From NCBI GenBank assembly GCA_035503455.1, contig DATJTK010000170.1, forward strand, positions 65,383-129,382: 64,000 nt of DNA. Direction: 5' to 3'. Numbering within the stretch: position 1 is the first letter of the stretch; each line of letters starts with the position of its first letter. The notes under the pieces were generated by a model. The model did not search any database. It saw only the letters and a program-made list of their open reading frames with translations, and was not told the DNA's origin. Of the stretch, positions 17,269-26,600 are shown in pieces. A program made the position numbers and the translations under genes. Source of the DNA: Candidatus Sulfotelmatobacter sp. (GTDB lineage: Bacteria > Verrucomicrobiota > Verrucomicrobiia > Limisphaerales > UBA11358).

Positions 17269-18688
17269 TTCGGCGCCCGCTAAAACTTTATTCTCATCTG
17301 CGCAAGTTGCCGAACGCGCCGGTATCCATAAGGATACGCTGCTGCGATGGCTACGCCAGGGCGTTGTACAGGAACCAAAGCGCGATAGGCATGGTTGGCG
17401 GATATTCACGCCGGAAGAAGCGGCCCGAATCGAGGCAATTGCGAAATCCGAACAACCACCGTCTGACTCACCGTTCGAGCTTCGCGACGCTCCGGGGCCA
17501 CCTGCTGCCATGGAGAGGCTGGGGAGAATCGACTGGGATTTTCGAGAGGCCAAAACAAGCTATCTGACGCATGGCCTGCATCCCTACCCGGCCAAATTCA
17601 TACCCCAAATTCCTAACGCCTTGATCCAAGAATTGTCCGACGTTGGAAGCACGGTAGGTGACATTTTCTGCGGCAGCGGCACAACACTTGTCGAAGGGAT
17701 GCTTCTGAAGCGTAATGTGGTGGGCGTTGACGCTAACCCATTGGCGTGCCTAATCTCCGCAGCGAAGACCGCCCGTCTGCAGGACGGTGACAAGGATTTG
17801 CTTATGCAGCTGGCGCAACGTTCCGGCCACCTTGCCGACGAATTTGCCACCGATGTCACCCAAACACTCTTTCCTGTTGCGAAATTTGTCTCAAAGGCTC
17901 CCCGCCCTGCCGGAAAGGCTATCGATTTCTGGTTTGAACCATTTATAACAGAAGAATTGGCCGAAATACTTTCCTGGTGTCGAAAATTGCCAACTGAATC
18001 AGCTCGGAATATAGCCCTCGCCTCGTTTTCAGCGATCGTCGTAAATGTTTCCCGTCAAGACTCAGACACTCGGTACGTCCGCCGCGCAAAGAAGCTTTGC
18101 CCTGGCGATGCGTTCCGGCGATTCGCACAGGTTTTGTCTGAAAATGCAAACGCATCCGAAAGATTTACAGACATTTTGGAGCCAAACATTTCGTGCAAAA
18201 TATTCCACGCGGACCTGCTTTCTTCGCCTGAAATTCCAATGCTCGACTTGGTTGTGTGCTCGCCGCCATACCCAAATGCATTCAGTTACCACCTATACCA
18301 CATGACTCGAATGGTGTGGCTCGGCATGAATCAGCCGGAGTTCAAAAAAAGGGAGATTGGCAGCCACCGGAAGTTCAGCAGCAAGGGAAGGAATGGCGCG
18401 ACCATCGAGACATTTCAGAACGAAATGGTTTCAATCTTTGGCTGGCTAAAAAAAATGATTCGCCAGGGTGGCCATGCTTGCTTTGTGGTCGGTAATTCAA
18501 TCATTAGAGGCCAGGCATACGACAATGCAATGGTCCTGACGAACGCGGCAAGCGTGAACGGTTTTACCCAGATTGCGGCGCTTACGCGGAATCTCAAAGA
18601 CACAGCCAAGGCGTTTAATCCAAAGATTGGCAAAATAAAAACGGAAAAAGTTCTTATTTACCAAAATTCAAGCACAAGCTACCTATGA
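17264..18688 (+). CDS. DNA methyltransferase M1 (alpha-class, SPPY motif IV; N4-C or N6-A) with N-terminal MerR/Xis-type HTH
   Basis: HTH: LFSSAQVAERAGIHKDTLLRWLRQGVV..GWRIFTPEE. Motif X/I: HPYPAKFIPQ...GDIFCGSGTTLVEG. Motif IV: DLVVCSPPYPNAF, about 200 aa later. ATG 17264 preferred over TTG 17078. Confidence 0.85.
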   Translation: MHSAPAKTLFSSAQVAERAGIHKDTLLRWLRQGVVQEPKRDRHGWRIFTPEEAARIEAIAKSEQPPSDSPFELRDAPGPPAAMERLGRIDWDFREAKTSYLTHGLHPYPAKFIPQIPNALIQELSDVGSTVGDIFCGSGTTLVEGMLLKRNVVGVDANPLACLISAAKTARLQDGDKDLLMQLAQRSGHLADEFATDVTQTLFPVAKFVSKAPRPAGKAIDFWFEPFITEELAEILSWCRKLPTESARNIALASFSAIVVNVSRQDSDTRYVRRAKKLCPGDAFRRFAQVLSENANASERFTDILEPNISCKIFHADLLSSPEIPMLDLVVCSPPYPNAFSYHLYHMTRMVWLGMNQPEFKKREIGSHRKFSSKGRNGATIETFQNEMVSIFGWLKKMIRQGGHACFVVGNSIIRGQAYDNAMVLTNAASVNGFTQIAALTRNLKDTAKAFNPKIGKIKTEKVLIYQNSSTSYL

Positions 18689-20289
18689 ACAAACTAATCA
18701 CATGCAGGATGAAACCATATATCCAGCCGTTCGAACGAACGTTGGCACTTCAAGAATTAGAAGTTTTGGCCCGCGCCACGCCACAACCGACGATGGCCAT
18801 TGATGAGGAACCTGAATGTTTTCAAGTCAGATCAAATAAACCAGGGCAGGCTCTCGCGCGGGAACTAGCCTTTTGGGAAGCGGTTTGTGATGGCAGGACG
18901 ATTCACACAACTCAATCTTTGCGCGAATCTACTGTCAACGTCGTAAGGAATGGCATTCCGCTTGATGACCTCATGGCCCAGCTGCCATTCAAAAATGAAA
19001 TATCGTTGCCCAATCGCCGCTGTCTTCGGTACGGGACGCACGGCCTTCATGAATATCGCGGAAAATTTTTCCCGCAGCTGGTCCGTTCTTTCATAAACAT
19101 CGCAAAAATCCCAATCGGCGGCTTAGTCGCCGACCCATTTTGCGGCAGTGGCACAACCGGAGTGGAAGCGATCTTAGCCAATCGCCGAACCATTGGCATG
19201 GATTTGAATCCGCTTTCTGTGTTTATGGCAAGAACCAAGTGTCAACTACTCGGTGTCAAATACAGTGACATGGAAGAAGCCTATCTGCAGGTTCGAACTC
19301 AACTATTGGCGCCGCGCAATAAGACCCGAGGCGACTATTGGGTCTCAAAATTGTCACAGGTTGATCAAGATTATCTAAAAATCTGGTTCGACGCTGCAAT
19401 CTTGGATGAACTAGACTTGATCGCAACTTGTATCAGCGAAAGAACAAAGGGGGCAATACACGATTTTATGCTCCTTTGCTTGAGCAATGTCTTACGGCAA
19501 GTGTCGTGGCAGAAAGTGGACGACCTAAGAGTTAGACGAGAGTTGAAAGCAGTGGACGAAATTGACCCGATTAAAGAGTTTCTGGAAGAGCTCGGCCGTT
19601 CCGTCCGCCTTGTGCTTGCATTTTTGCGCCAAGAGGGCCGGGTCGCCTCTGTCAATGCCGAGATATCCGAAGGCGACAGCAGACAAATTTCAAAGCGGTG
19701 GGAAAAGTGGGCGGGAAAGATCGACGCTGCTATTACATCCCCACCTTATGCAACCGCTTTACCTTATTTGGACACAGACCGGTTAAGCCTCTGCTTCCTC
19801 GGGCTGTTGCCACGCGATAAACATCGCGCGCTTGACCACGAGATGATCGGCAATCGTGAAATTGCCGATGCGGTCAGAAAACGTTACTGGCAAGAATTTT
19901 CAGCAAAAAACCACGACTTGCCGTCTTCGGTTTGTGATTTAATCTCAAAAATTCAGCGGCTTAATTTGAAAGCAAACGTTGGCTTTCGACGGCGCAATTT
20001 ACCCTCTCTCCTTTTTAAATATTTCTACGACATGAAAAAGGTGTTTGCTGAGTTGGACGCAGTGCTTAAACCGGGGGCAAGTGCATTTTTTGTGGTTGGG
20101 AACAATCACACTATCGCTGGCGGCCAGCGGGTCGACATTGAAACGGTCGAGCTGCTTCAAGATGTGGCTAAAAGCGTGGGATTGGAAATTGTTGAGACAA
20201 TCGCAATGGACATGTTGATTTCAAGAGACATTTTTCGGAAAAATGCGATCGACTCTGAAAGTATCCTTCATTTTCGGAGACGCAGTTAA
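18685..20289 (+). CDS. DNA methyltransferase M2 (alpha-class, SPPY motif IV)
   Basis: Motif I: VADPFCGSGTTGVEAIL..IGMDLNPL. Motif IV: DAAITSPPYATALPY. ATGA overlap with M1. Confidence 0.85.
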   Translation: MNKLITCRMKPYIQPFERTLALQELEVLARATPQPTMAIDEEPECFQVRSNKPGQALARELAFWEAVCDGRTIHTTQSLRESTVNVVRNGIPLDDLMAQLPFKNEISLPNRRCLRYGTHGLHEYRGKFFPQLVRSFINIAKIPIGGLVADPFCGSGTTGVEAILANRRTIGMDLNPLSVFMARTKCQLLGVKYSDMEEAYLQVRTQLLAPRNKTRGDYWVSKLSQVDQDYLKIWFDAAILDELDLIATCISERTKGAIHDFMLLCLSNVLRQVSWQKVDDLRVRRELKAVDEIDPIKEFLEELGRSVRLVLAFLRQEGRVASVNAEISEGDSRQISKRWEKWAGKIDAAITSPPYATALPYLDTDRLSLCFLGLLPRDKHRALDHEMIGNREIADAVRKRYWQEFSAKNHDLPSSVCDLISKIQRLNLKANVGFRRRNLPSLLFKYFYDMKKVFAELDAVLKPGASAFFVVGNNHTIAGGQRVDIETVELLQDVAKSVGLEIVETIAMDMLISRDIFRKNAIDSESILHFRRRS

Positions 20290-21497
20290 TAGTAGCCCCA
20301 TTGCTTTTTTGAGTTCCGCACGCGGTTTGTGCACAAAGCCTGATAACGCGCGAAGTCTGTACTGCCGGCCGGGACAATCTCCACATAGTAATCATAACCG
20401 GCCTTGCCGTCTGCGAGTTCGATCCTCAAAATATCGCCGACCGCGCCTGCGTCGCGCAACGCCGCACTACGTAGCCGGAAATCACTCTTGTCCGGCCAGG
20501 TCATCATGTTAACCGGTGCAATTTGTCCGCCCAACCGGATCTGGACTGCATGCCGGTCCCATTTTCCTGGCTTGCCAGGGTCTTGCGTGAAAAGTTTCCG
20601 CCAGCCCCAAAATGCCGGATTCGCGTCGCGGGCGGCCAACGGGATAAATATTTCTGGCGAACGCTTGGAAGCTCCTAAAGTCACTTGGCCGGTGCCCGCA
20701 TCAGTCTGTTGTAAAGTCATAACAAACCCACATAATCCTTTTCCTTCTGGCTGGAGTATCTTAAGTGCCAGCTTTTCCTCGATGGGTTCGGCTCGGGCAG
20801 CTGGTTTGACGCGCGTAGCTCCGAAAAGCTTCTTGACTCCCCTTTTTATTGCCGATGTCTGCTGGATGACCTTCACAGCTTCGTTCGTTCGCTGAATTTC
20901 TGCTTCGGTCGGGACATAACCGTTTTCGTGCAACTCCTTAATCAATTCCGTCGTTAACGGCTTTACCGTCTCGTGTTTCGGATTTGTCCATTCATCCAAA
21001 AGCGCTTCTAGGGCAAGAAAGAATTTTTCGTCGTCCGGATTTTTCCTGTCCAGTTGGACGTGAACGAAAGCTTCGTAATTTGTGAACAGTCCACCCTCGG
21101 TGAGATTCCCGGAACCAACAAAGCATTCTGCTGCATTTTCATTCGAAAAAAGGAATATCTTCGGATGAAAAGTCGGCCTTTGGGCGGTTTCGTTGTGCAA
21201 AACCCAAACCCCTCCACTCGACCCAACCGCCACCAATAAATCTGCCAAACCTTCCGCACTGGTCACGCCATGATCAATTCCGACCGAAATCTTGGTTGTC
21301 CCGTGTGTGATGAATGACCCTAACGGCTTGGCCAGATGCTTCACGCCTGAGCGTTTAACGAACGCCACCGCAGCGCGAAATACCTTCCAACTTGGTTTTT
21401 TCAGATTTTCGGCAAGAAAATCGCCAAGCCTTTGCTCACCCTCAGGATGATGAATCAGCTGAATCATTTTGAGGGACCGCGATTCAATGTGCGCCAT
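20286..21497 (-). CDS. PLD-superfamily restriction endonuclease with C-terminal B3-like DNA-binding domain (BfiI/NgoFVII-like)
   Basis: Single HKD-type motif TFHPKIFLFSNENAAECFVGSGNLTEGG in the N-terminal half. The C-terminal half (..SDFRLRSAALRDAGAVGDILRIEL..) resembles the B3/EcoRII-N-like recognition fold of BfiI. Convergent with M2, with stop codons sharing TTAA (20286-20289). Confidence 0.75.
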   Translation of the reverse strand: MAHIESRSLKMIQLIHHPEGEQRLGDFLAENLKKPSWKVFRAAVAFVKRSGVKHLAKPLGSFITHGTTKISVGIDHGVTSAEGLADLLVAVGSSGGVWVLHNETAQRPTFHPKIFLFSNENAAECFVGSGNLTEGGLFTNYEAFVHVQLDRKNPDDEKFFLALEALLDEWTNPKHETVKPLTTELIKELHENGYVPTEAEIQRTNEAVKVIQQTSAIKRGVKKLFGATRVKPAARAEPIEEKLALKILQPEGKGLCGFVMTLQQTDAGTGQVTLGASKRSPEIFIPLAARDANPAFWGWRKLFTQDPGKPGKWDRHAVQIRLGGQIAPVNMMTWPDKSDFRLRSAALRDAGAVGDILRIELADGKAGYDYYVEIVPAGSTDFARYQALCTNRVRNSKKQWGYY

Positions 21498-21860
21498 GAC
21501 AGGATTCGCAAGTTACGTAATTTTCGCCGAACGTACAACTATTGATTTATTCAAGCCCATGTCCAGGATTTCAATAGGTCATAAAAGGGGCAGAGATTAA
21601 GCGGGAAAAAGTGGGAAATCCGAATGTTGTGCCCACAGCTAAAGCGGCGTAAAAACTGTTTCAGTGAAATTGAAGCAGGCAATTGCAAAATTTCTTCTGA
21701 CGTATTGTAGTATTTGTGTCAGCGAGCGGTCAAAAACCAGCCAAGGTGTTACGGATTTTTTTGGCGTCAAAGTTTTGGCCGTGGGCAAAGAGGCGGCTGC
21801 GAGCGCGAGGAACAATGCGACATTCCACGATAACGATAATGTAGCTTTTGTTGCTTTTCC

Positions 21861-21920
21861 TGTTGCCGAAATGTTGCCGACTAAATCATTGACAATCAAC
21901 AATGTTGCCGATGTTGCCGA
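21861..21920. repeat. Four copies of TGTTGCCGA in two adjacent pairs
   Basis: TGTTGCCGA at 21861, 21872, 21903 and 21912, read directly. Confidence 0.8.
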
Positions 21921-22110
21921 TTTCCAGAGCATCATCAAACCATAACCACTAGAGGGTCGCCTCGCCATGGTCGCCACGAAGTGTCCTTCAATCTCCACTT
22001 CGCGGCCTTCGCGTCCTTTGCGTGAGAATTATTCATTTCCGAAAATCACGGGTGCGGTTTCTGTACGCTGTTCCATCTTCCATCCTGCCTAAGCCCGCGA
22101 ATCCCCCTTC

Positions 22111-22310
22111 CGAAATTAAATCACCCCTTAATTTCGCCTTCATCAGATTGAGCTTTTTTCCCGAAAAACCGCTCGTCGTAAATTAAGCAGAATCTTCAAA
22201 TTTCCAAACAAAACCGCATCATTTTACCCCCTTAACATTGAAATTAAGCATTTCGTTTACCCAAATTAAGCCCGCAAAACCATAGCATACCCATTTTTAC
22301 TTAATTTGGG
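22111..22310. repeat. Cluster of AAATTAAG(C) motifs and inverted repeats built from them
   Basis: CGAAATTAA-N8-TTAATTTCG (22111-22136). AAATTAAGC at 22180, 22241 and 22263. CCCAAATTAAG (22260-22270) pairs with CTTAATTTGGG (22300-22310). Confidence 0.7.
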
Positions 22311-22999
22311 CCAGGGGGAGGGGGAATCGTTCTCGCTTGCCGCGCCGTAGTCAGACGAAGGCGGGTCCTCGCCTGCCCACCGTAGCTTATGAACCCATTT
22401 GGCGAGATGCAGATATTGATTTGATATCCGAAAATGATTTTTCACACGGGCTCTTTAGCAAAGGCGGGTCCTCGTCCTCGAAAATTACGGTTCGGCATGT
22501 TCGAGGTTCAATGTTCGATGTTGTTCAGATGTCTAAAAAAACTTCCGCGTATTTAGTGCTTCCAAAAAACGAAATAAAAAAATTTCTGTTCCTAAATCCC
22601 CCCGCCAACATTGAACCTTTTTGGGGTTCCAAATGTAGTTCTTGTACTGCGCCCTGCATCTGAGAAATTCGAATTGTATCAAAGTCATGAACGAACCAGG
22701 AACGAGTGAAACTTCCCATGTAGGGCAGGCATCCTGCCTGCCGGTTAACACGGCTTCCAGCCGCGTGTTCCCAACAATCCAAAAATCCACTTATCCATTT
22801 ATCCAACCACCCGAATTGTCCCCACGTTCCGCCTTGATGGGGGGACAATTAGCCCTGACCCTCTCAAGAACCCTGATTTTCCGCACATCTTTTACGCCGA
22901 TGGCGTTTGCCGGGCCGTCTTTTTCAGTGATTCGAAGCGCTTTTGGCGAAAAAACCGTGTTTAAAACCCGTTTTTTTGATCATCGGAAGGGACAATTCC

Positions 23000-23527
23000 C
23001 TATTGAACCACGCTCAACTGCCCGGTGCCGGCCACCATCCGAAAGAGCATCACCAGCAGCGGAAACACCGCCGCCGAGCAAATGTTTCCAAGCAGTGACG
23101 CCAGCAAACTGCGAGACAGAGACGGCGCCGCCAGCGGCGATTTGCGAGATGAAATAAAACGACAAATGAGGTAAATCAGCGATCCTTCGAGCAACACGAT
23201 CAAACCTTCGCCCGCCACGGCCATCACCGTTGGTTGCATTCCGTAGGTGAGCCAAAGCCAGCCCAAAAAAATAGGATACGTCAGCAGGTGCATGCCCATC
23301 AGCCAAAGAATAAACAGGCGCGGACGCCGCCACCGCCGAAGTATCAAACTGATGCAAACCGCTTCCAACAAAATGGCTAGAACCACGGCAGTGATAACAA
23401 AAGGAGATGGACCGGGTTCCACGACCGATACCGGAATGGGATCGGCCTTCACGCAGGCCGTTGAAAACAACAACGCCGCCACCCATCCGGTATGGCGCAC
23501 ACCATTGTTGCGAATGGCGCCGGTCAT
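23000..23527 (-). CDS. Hypothetical integral membrane protein
   Basis: 175 aa with 4-5 hydrophobic helices. Divergent from the HEAT-repeat gene. No motif recognised. Confidence 0.6.
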   Translation of the reverse strand: MTGAIRNNGVRHTGWVAALLFSTACVKADPIPVSVVEPGPSPFVITAVVLAILLEAVCISLILRRWRRPRLFILWLMGMHLLTYPIFLGWLWLTYGMQPTVMAVAGEGLIVLLEGSLIYLICRFISSRKSPLAAPSLSRSLLASLLGNICSAAVFPLLVMLFRMVAGTGQLSVVQ

Positions 23528-23641
23528 GGTAAAAACCCTGATTCTTTGCCGCTCGCATGTAAAGCGAAAATTCTAAAAAAACTTGCCAATCCCTTGCAAA
23601 GAGAGCAAAAGTTGGAACCACAACAATCGCGAACGCCGCCC

Positions 23642-26600
23642 ATGAAGAAACCCTGGGTCACTCTGTCCTGGCTCATCCTGGCGCTGGTTGCAGGCGGGGC
23701 ATTCCTTTATGCCATCCTCCCGTCCGAACCGTTCGCTACGGGCGAATCGTCCGTGGTTAAAACGCGGCAGGCCCTTCGTCAGCAGGGGTTCAAGACCGAT
23801 GTCACTAACTTTGATTTTTCCACGTCGCCGGATATGCGCGCCCGCGAGGCGGCCATAAAGGCCACGAGCCCGAGCCGCAATAACCCGTCTTTTCTCGTTG
23901 AGCCGGACCTCATGGAAGTCGCAACTCCACATTCTGCGGTGGTCGTATGGCAACAGTCCGCGCTGAAGGTCCCGGATCCAGAGGAATCGGGCAAAAGTGA
24001 TATGATTCCCTGGGATGACTTCCGACAGTTTGTCGGCGCCCAGCGGACGCGAGCGGACGCAGCCTGCCAGGCAATATTGTCAGGACCCATCGCCTTCAAC
24101 CTTGACGCACGAGCGGGAGATTTCATGTTGCTTCCTCATCTCGCCGTGCTGAGGAATCTGGCCTTTCTGCTCTGCGGCAGGACGATTTTGGCGCTCCATG
24201 ATGGCGACCATGCCGACGCCTGGACAAATCTACTGGCCGCCACGCGCCTGGTCACCGCCTGGCAACCGGAACCCGCTAAAGTCTCGCACAGCACCCGGTT
24301 CGACATCATGCATCTGGTTTACGATCTGACCTGGCAGGCTCTTCAAACCAACGATTGGTCCGATAACGAACTTGCCCAATTGCAAGCCGAATGGGAGTCC
24401 GCAAATTTCCTGACCAATTTGTCGGAAGTCCAGGCATTCATGGGCGCCAGCGATGTGAAGATGTTTGAGCATGACGAACTATCCTCTCAAAGGCCGCGCG
24501 CGCGATTCAACCAAATGCCGCCCCCGTCATTCAACGAATTTCTGAATCAGGCGCTGCGCGATCCATTTTCCCTGTGGCAACAGATGCATTCCCGCTGGAG
24601 CCAGCGCGCCTATTTTCACGGCGGCATGTATGAGGACGAGCGGCGCCTCTTGCTTTTTTATCGCGACCGGCAGGTGGAATATCGCAACGCCATTCAGGCG
24701 TCCACCTGGATGCAAATGCGCCAAATGCCGGGTGTGACCACTGAAGTTTTTTTTCAGCCCAACTATCCTGGTTGGGGACTTTTCGAAAATGCTCTCAACA
24801 TGCGCAGGATGAATACGCGCTTCCAGGGGCAAGGCGCCAGTTTTCTCGGGCGCGCCGCCGAAGCCGAAACTGAGCGCCGAATCATCGTCACCGCTCTCGC
24901 GCTTGAACGCTATCGCGAAAAAAACGGCGCATATCCGGATTCCTTGCAATCCCTCGCTCCAGAGTTCCTGCAGGCCGTGCCGGTGGACTTCATGAACGGC
25001 CAGCCCCTGCACTACCAAGCGAGTAACGGCGGCCATTTTCTCCTTTATTCCGTGGGCCTGGATTGCGTGGACAATGGCGGGAATCTCCAAACAAATGCCA
25101 ACAATATCGATTTCTACTACTCTGGCCGCCGGGAACAACCGTCTCCAGGCTATGATATCGTTTGGCCCTATCCCGCATCCGCCGATCAAGTTGCAGCGGC
25201 CCGAAAGAAAGAATCCGAAGCGTGGGCGGAAGAGATGGCAAAGGTCCAGGCAAACGGGCAAGCCCAGGAGCAGCGCGCTCAGCAGGATGCGGAAGAAATG
25301 AGACAAGCGGCCATGAAAAAGCTCCTCGCCGAGAAACCGTCGCTTGGACAGGAACCGGTCTATCAGGGTGTACCGCTCAGCGCCTGGGTGATCAAAGCCG
25401 GCCAATTCGATTACAATGGCGCCCCGGAAGATGCGGTTGCCGCCATCCGCGCGATCGGTCCAAAAGCTGTCCCGTTTTTGCTGGAATGGATGCCGCGTCC
25501 CGGGGCCGAACAACCGGTGGACGGCGCTCCCGGCTGGGACGGCGTCGAAATCGCTTGGTGGGCATTGGGCAGCCAGGGCAAGTCTGCAATTCTCGCTCTC
25601 GCTCACCTGCTCAGTTTGCCACAGAAAACCATGGATGATTACTCTGTTTGGACGGAAAGCGCCAAGGCAATCTCCTATTTGGGACCCGACGCCATAACTC
25701 CCATGTTGACGGTCGCCACCAATATGGAAGGACAACACTTTATGTGGGAATTGCTTGCCAATTTTCAAAACCTGGGGACCAACGGCGCCCCAGCCGTTCC
25801 TGCGATCGTTCACTGGGCCAATGATTCGGATTATTGGGTTCGCGAGGGCGTTGTCACCGCATTGGGAGGCATCGGAGAACGGCCTGATTTGGCCGTGCCG
25901 GTTTTGACAAACATCCTGGAGCACGATTCCAACGGGATGGTGCGCCGCGACGCCGCGGGTGCCCTGGGCTCTTTTGCGAACGATTCGGATGCCGTATTGC
26001 CTCTCTTAAGCAAGACGCTTAAATATCCCGATTGGCAGGCCCGCGAGGGAGCGCTATCCGGTCTTGGTAAGATACAGAATAAGCCGGGTGTGGTGGTTCC
26101 TCTCATTGCTCCATTTTTATACGCCGACAACAATGTCATTCAACGAAGCGCAGCCTACGCATTGCGTGACCTGGGCAATCCCGCCGGCTATCGCGTGTTA
26201 TTGAACGCCCGCAATGCTCCCAGTGGGTGGCCTGGTATCGGCGACATCATTTATCAGGTCCAGCAGGAAATTGAGACGACGAACTGGGAACAGTCGCCGT
26301 TACGAGAGGCTCGCGTCCCGGGAATCCTGGCTGCCAAATGGTCCTGGGATACAAACACCGCGCCGGACGAGGAAAAAATGGTCGAATATTTGGCCAACAC
26401 CAATGTCACCGGCGCAGGCTCGCGGACGATGGCGGATTTGTTGATGCCAAAGCAAGTCATTACCGGCAACGAACCCGAAGAGCTTACCTATGAATTTCCC
26501 GTGAGCTATGATCGGACAACCAACAATGGATTCTGTCTATTATTGGACGCCGACACCAATCCGGCGAGCCTGTATGCCCCTGACAGCGGGGCCGCTATCC

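Noticed and set aside
21639-21998. ORFs 21639..21998(-) and 21664..21945(+) upstream of the nuclease gene.
   Set aside because: They overlap each other on opposite strands, have no motifs, and span the TGTTGCCGA repeats. I treat the region as non-coding, though a small real gene cannot be excluded.
12905-23000. Tn7-like or CRISPR-associated transposon at the glmS attachment site.
   Set aside because: No tnsA/B/C/D/E-like, integrase, cas or transposase ORF and no Tn7-type terminal repeats were seen. The insert disrupts and duplicates the glmS 3' end rather than sitting downstream of it.
22337-23157. ORFs 22337..22663(+), 22525..22848(-), 22533..22790(-) and 22642..23157(+).
   Set aside because: The translations are dominated by known REP-unit peptides (…QTKAGPR…, …GQASCLP…, …SMFDV…) and the ORFs overlap one another.
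24527-25924. 465-aa minus-strand ORF antisense to the HEAT-repeat gene.
   Set aside because: No recognisable motif and low-complexity R/G/A composition. The sense frame carries coherent TM, coiled-coil and HEAT features.
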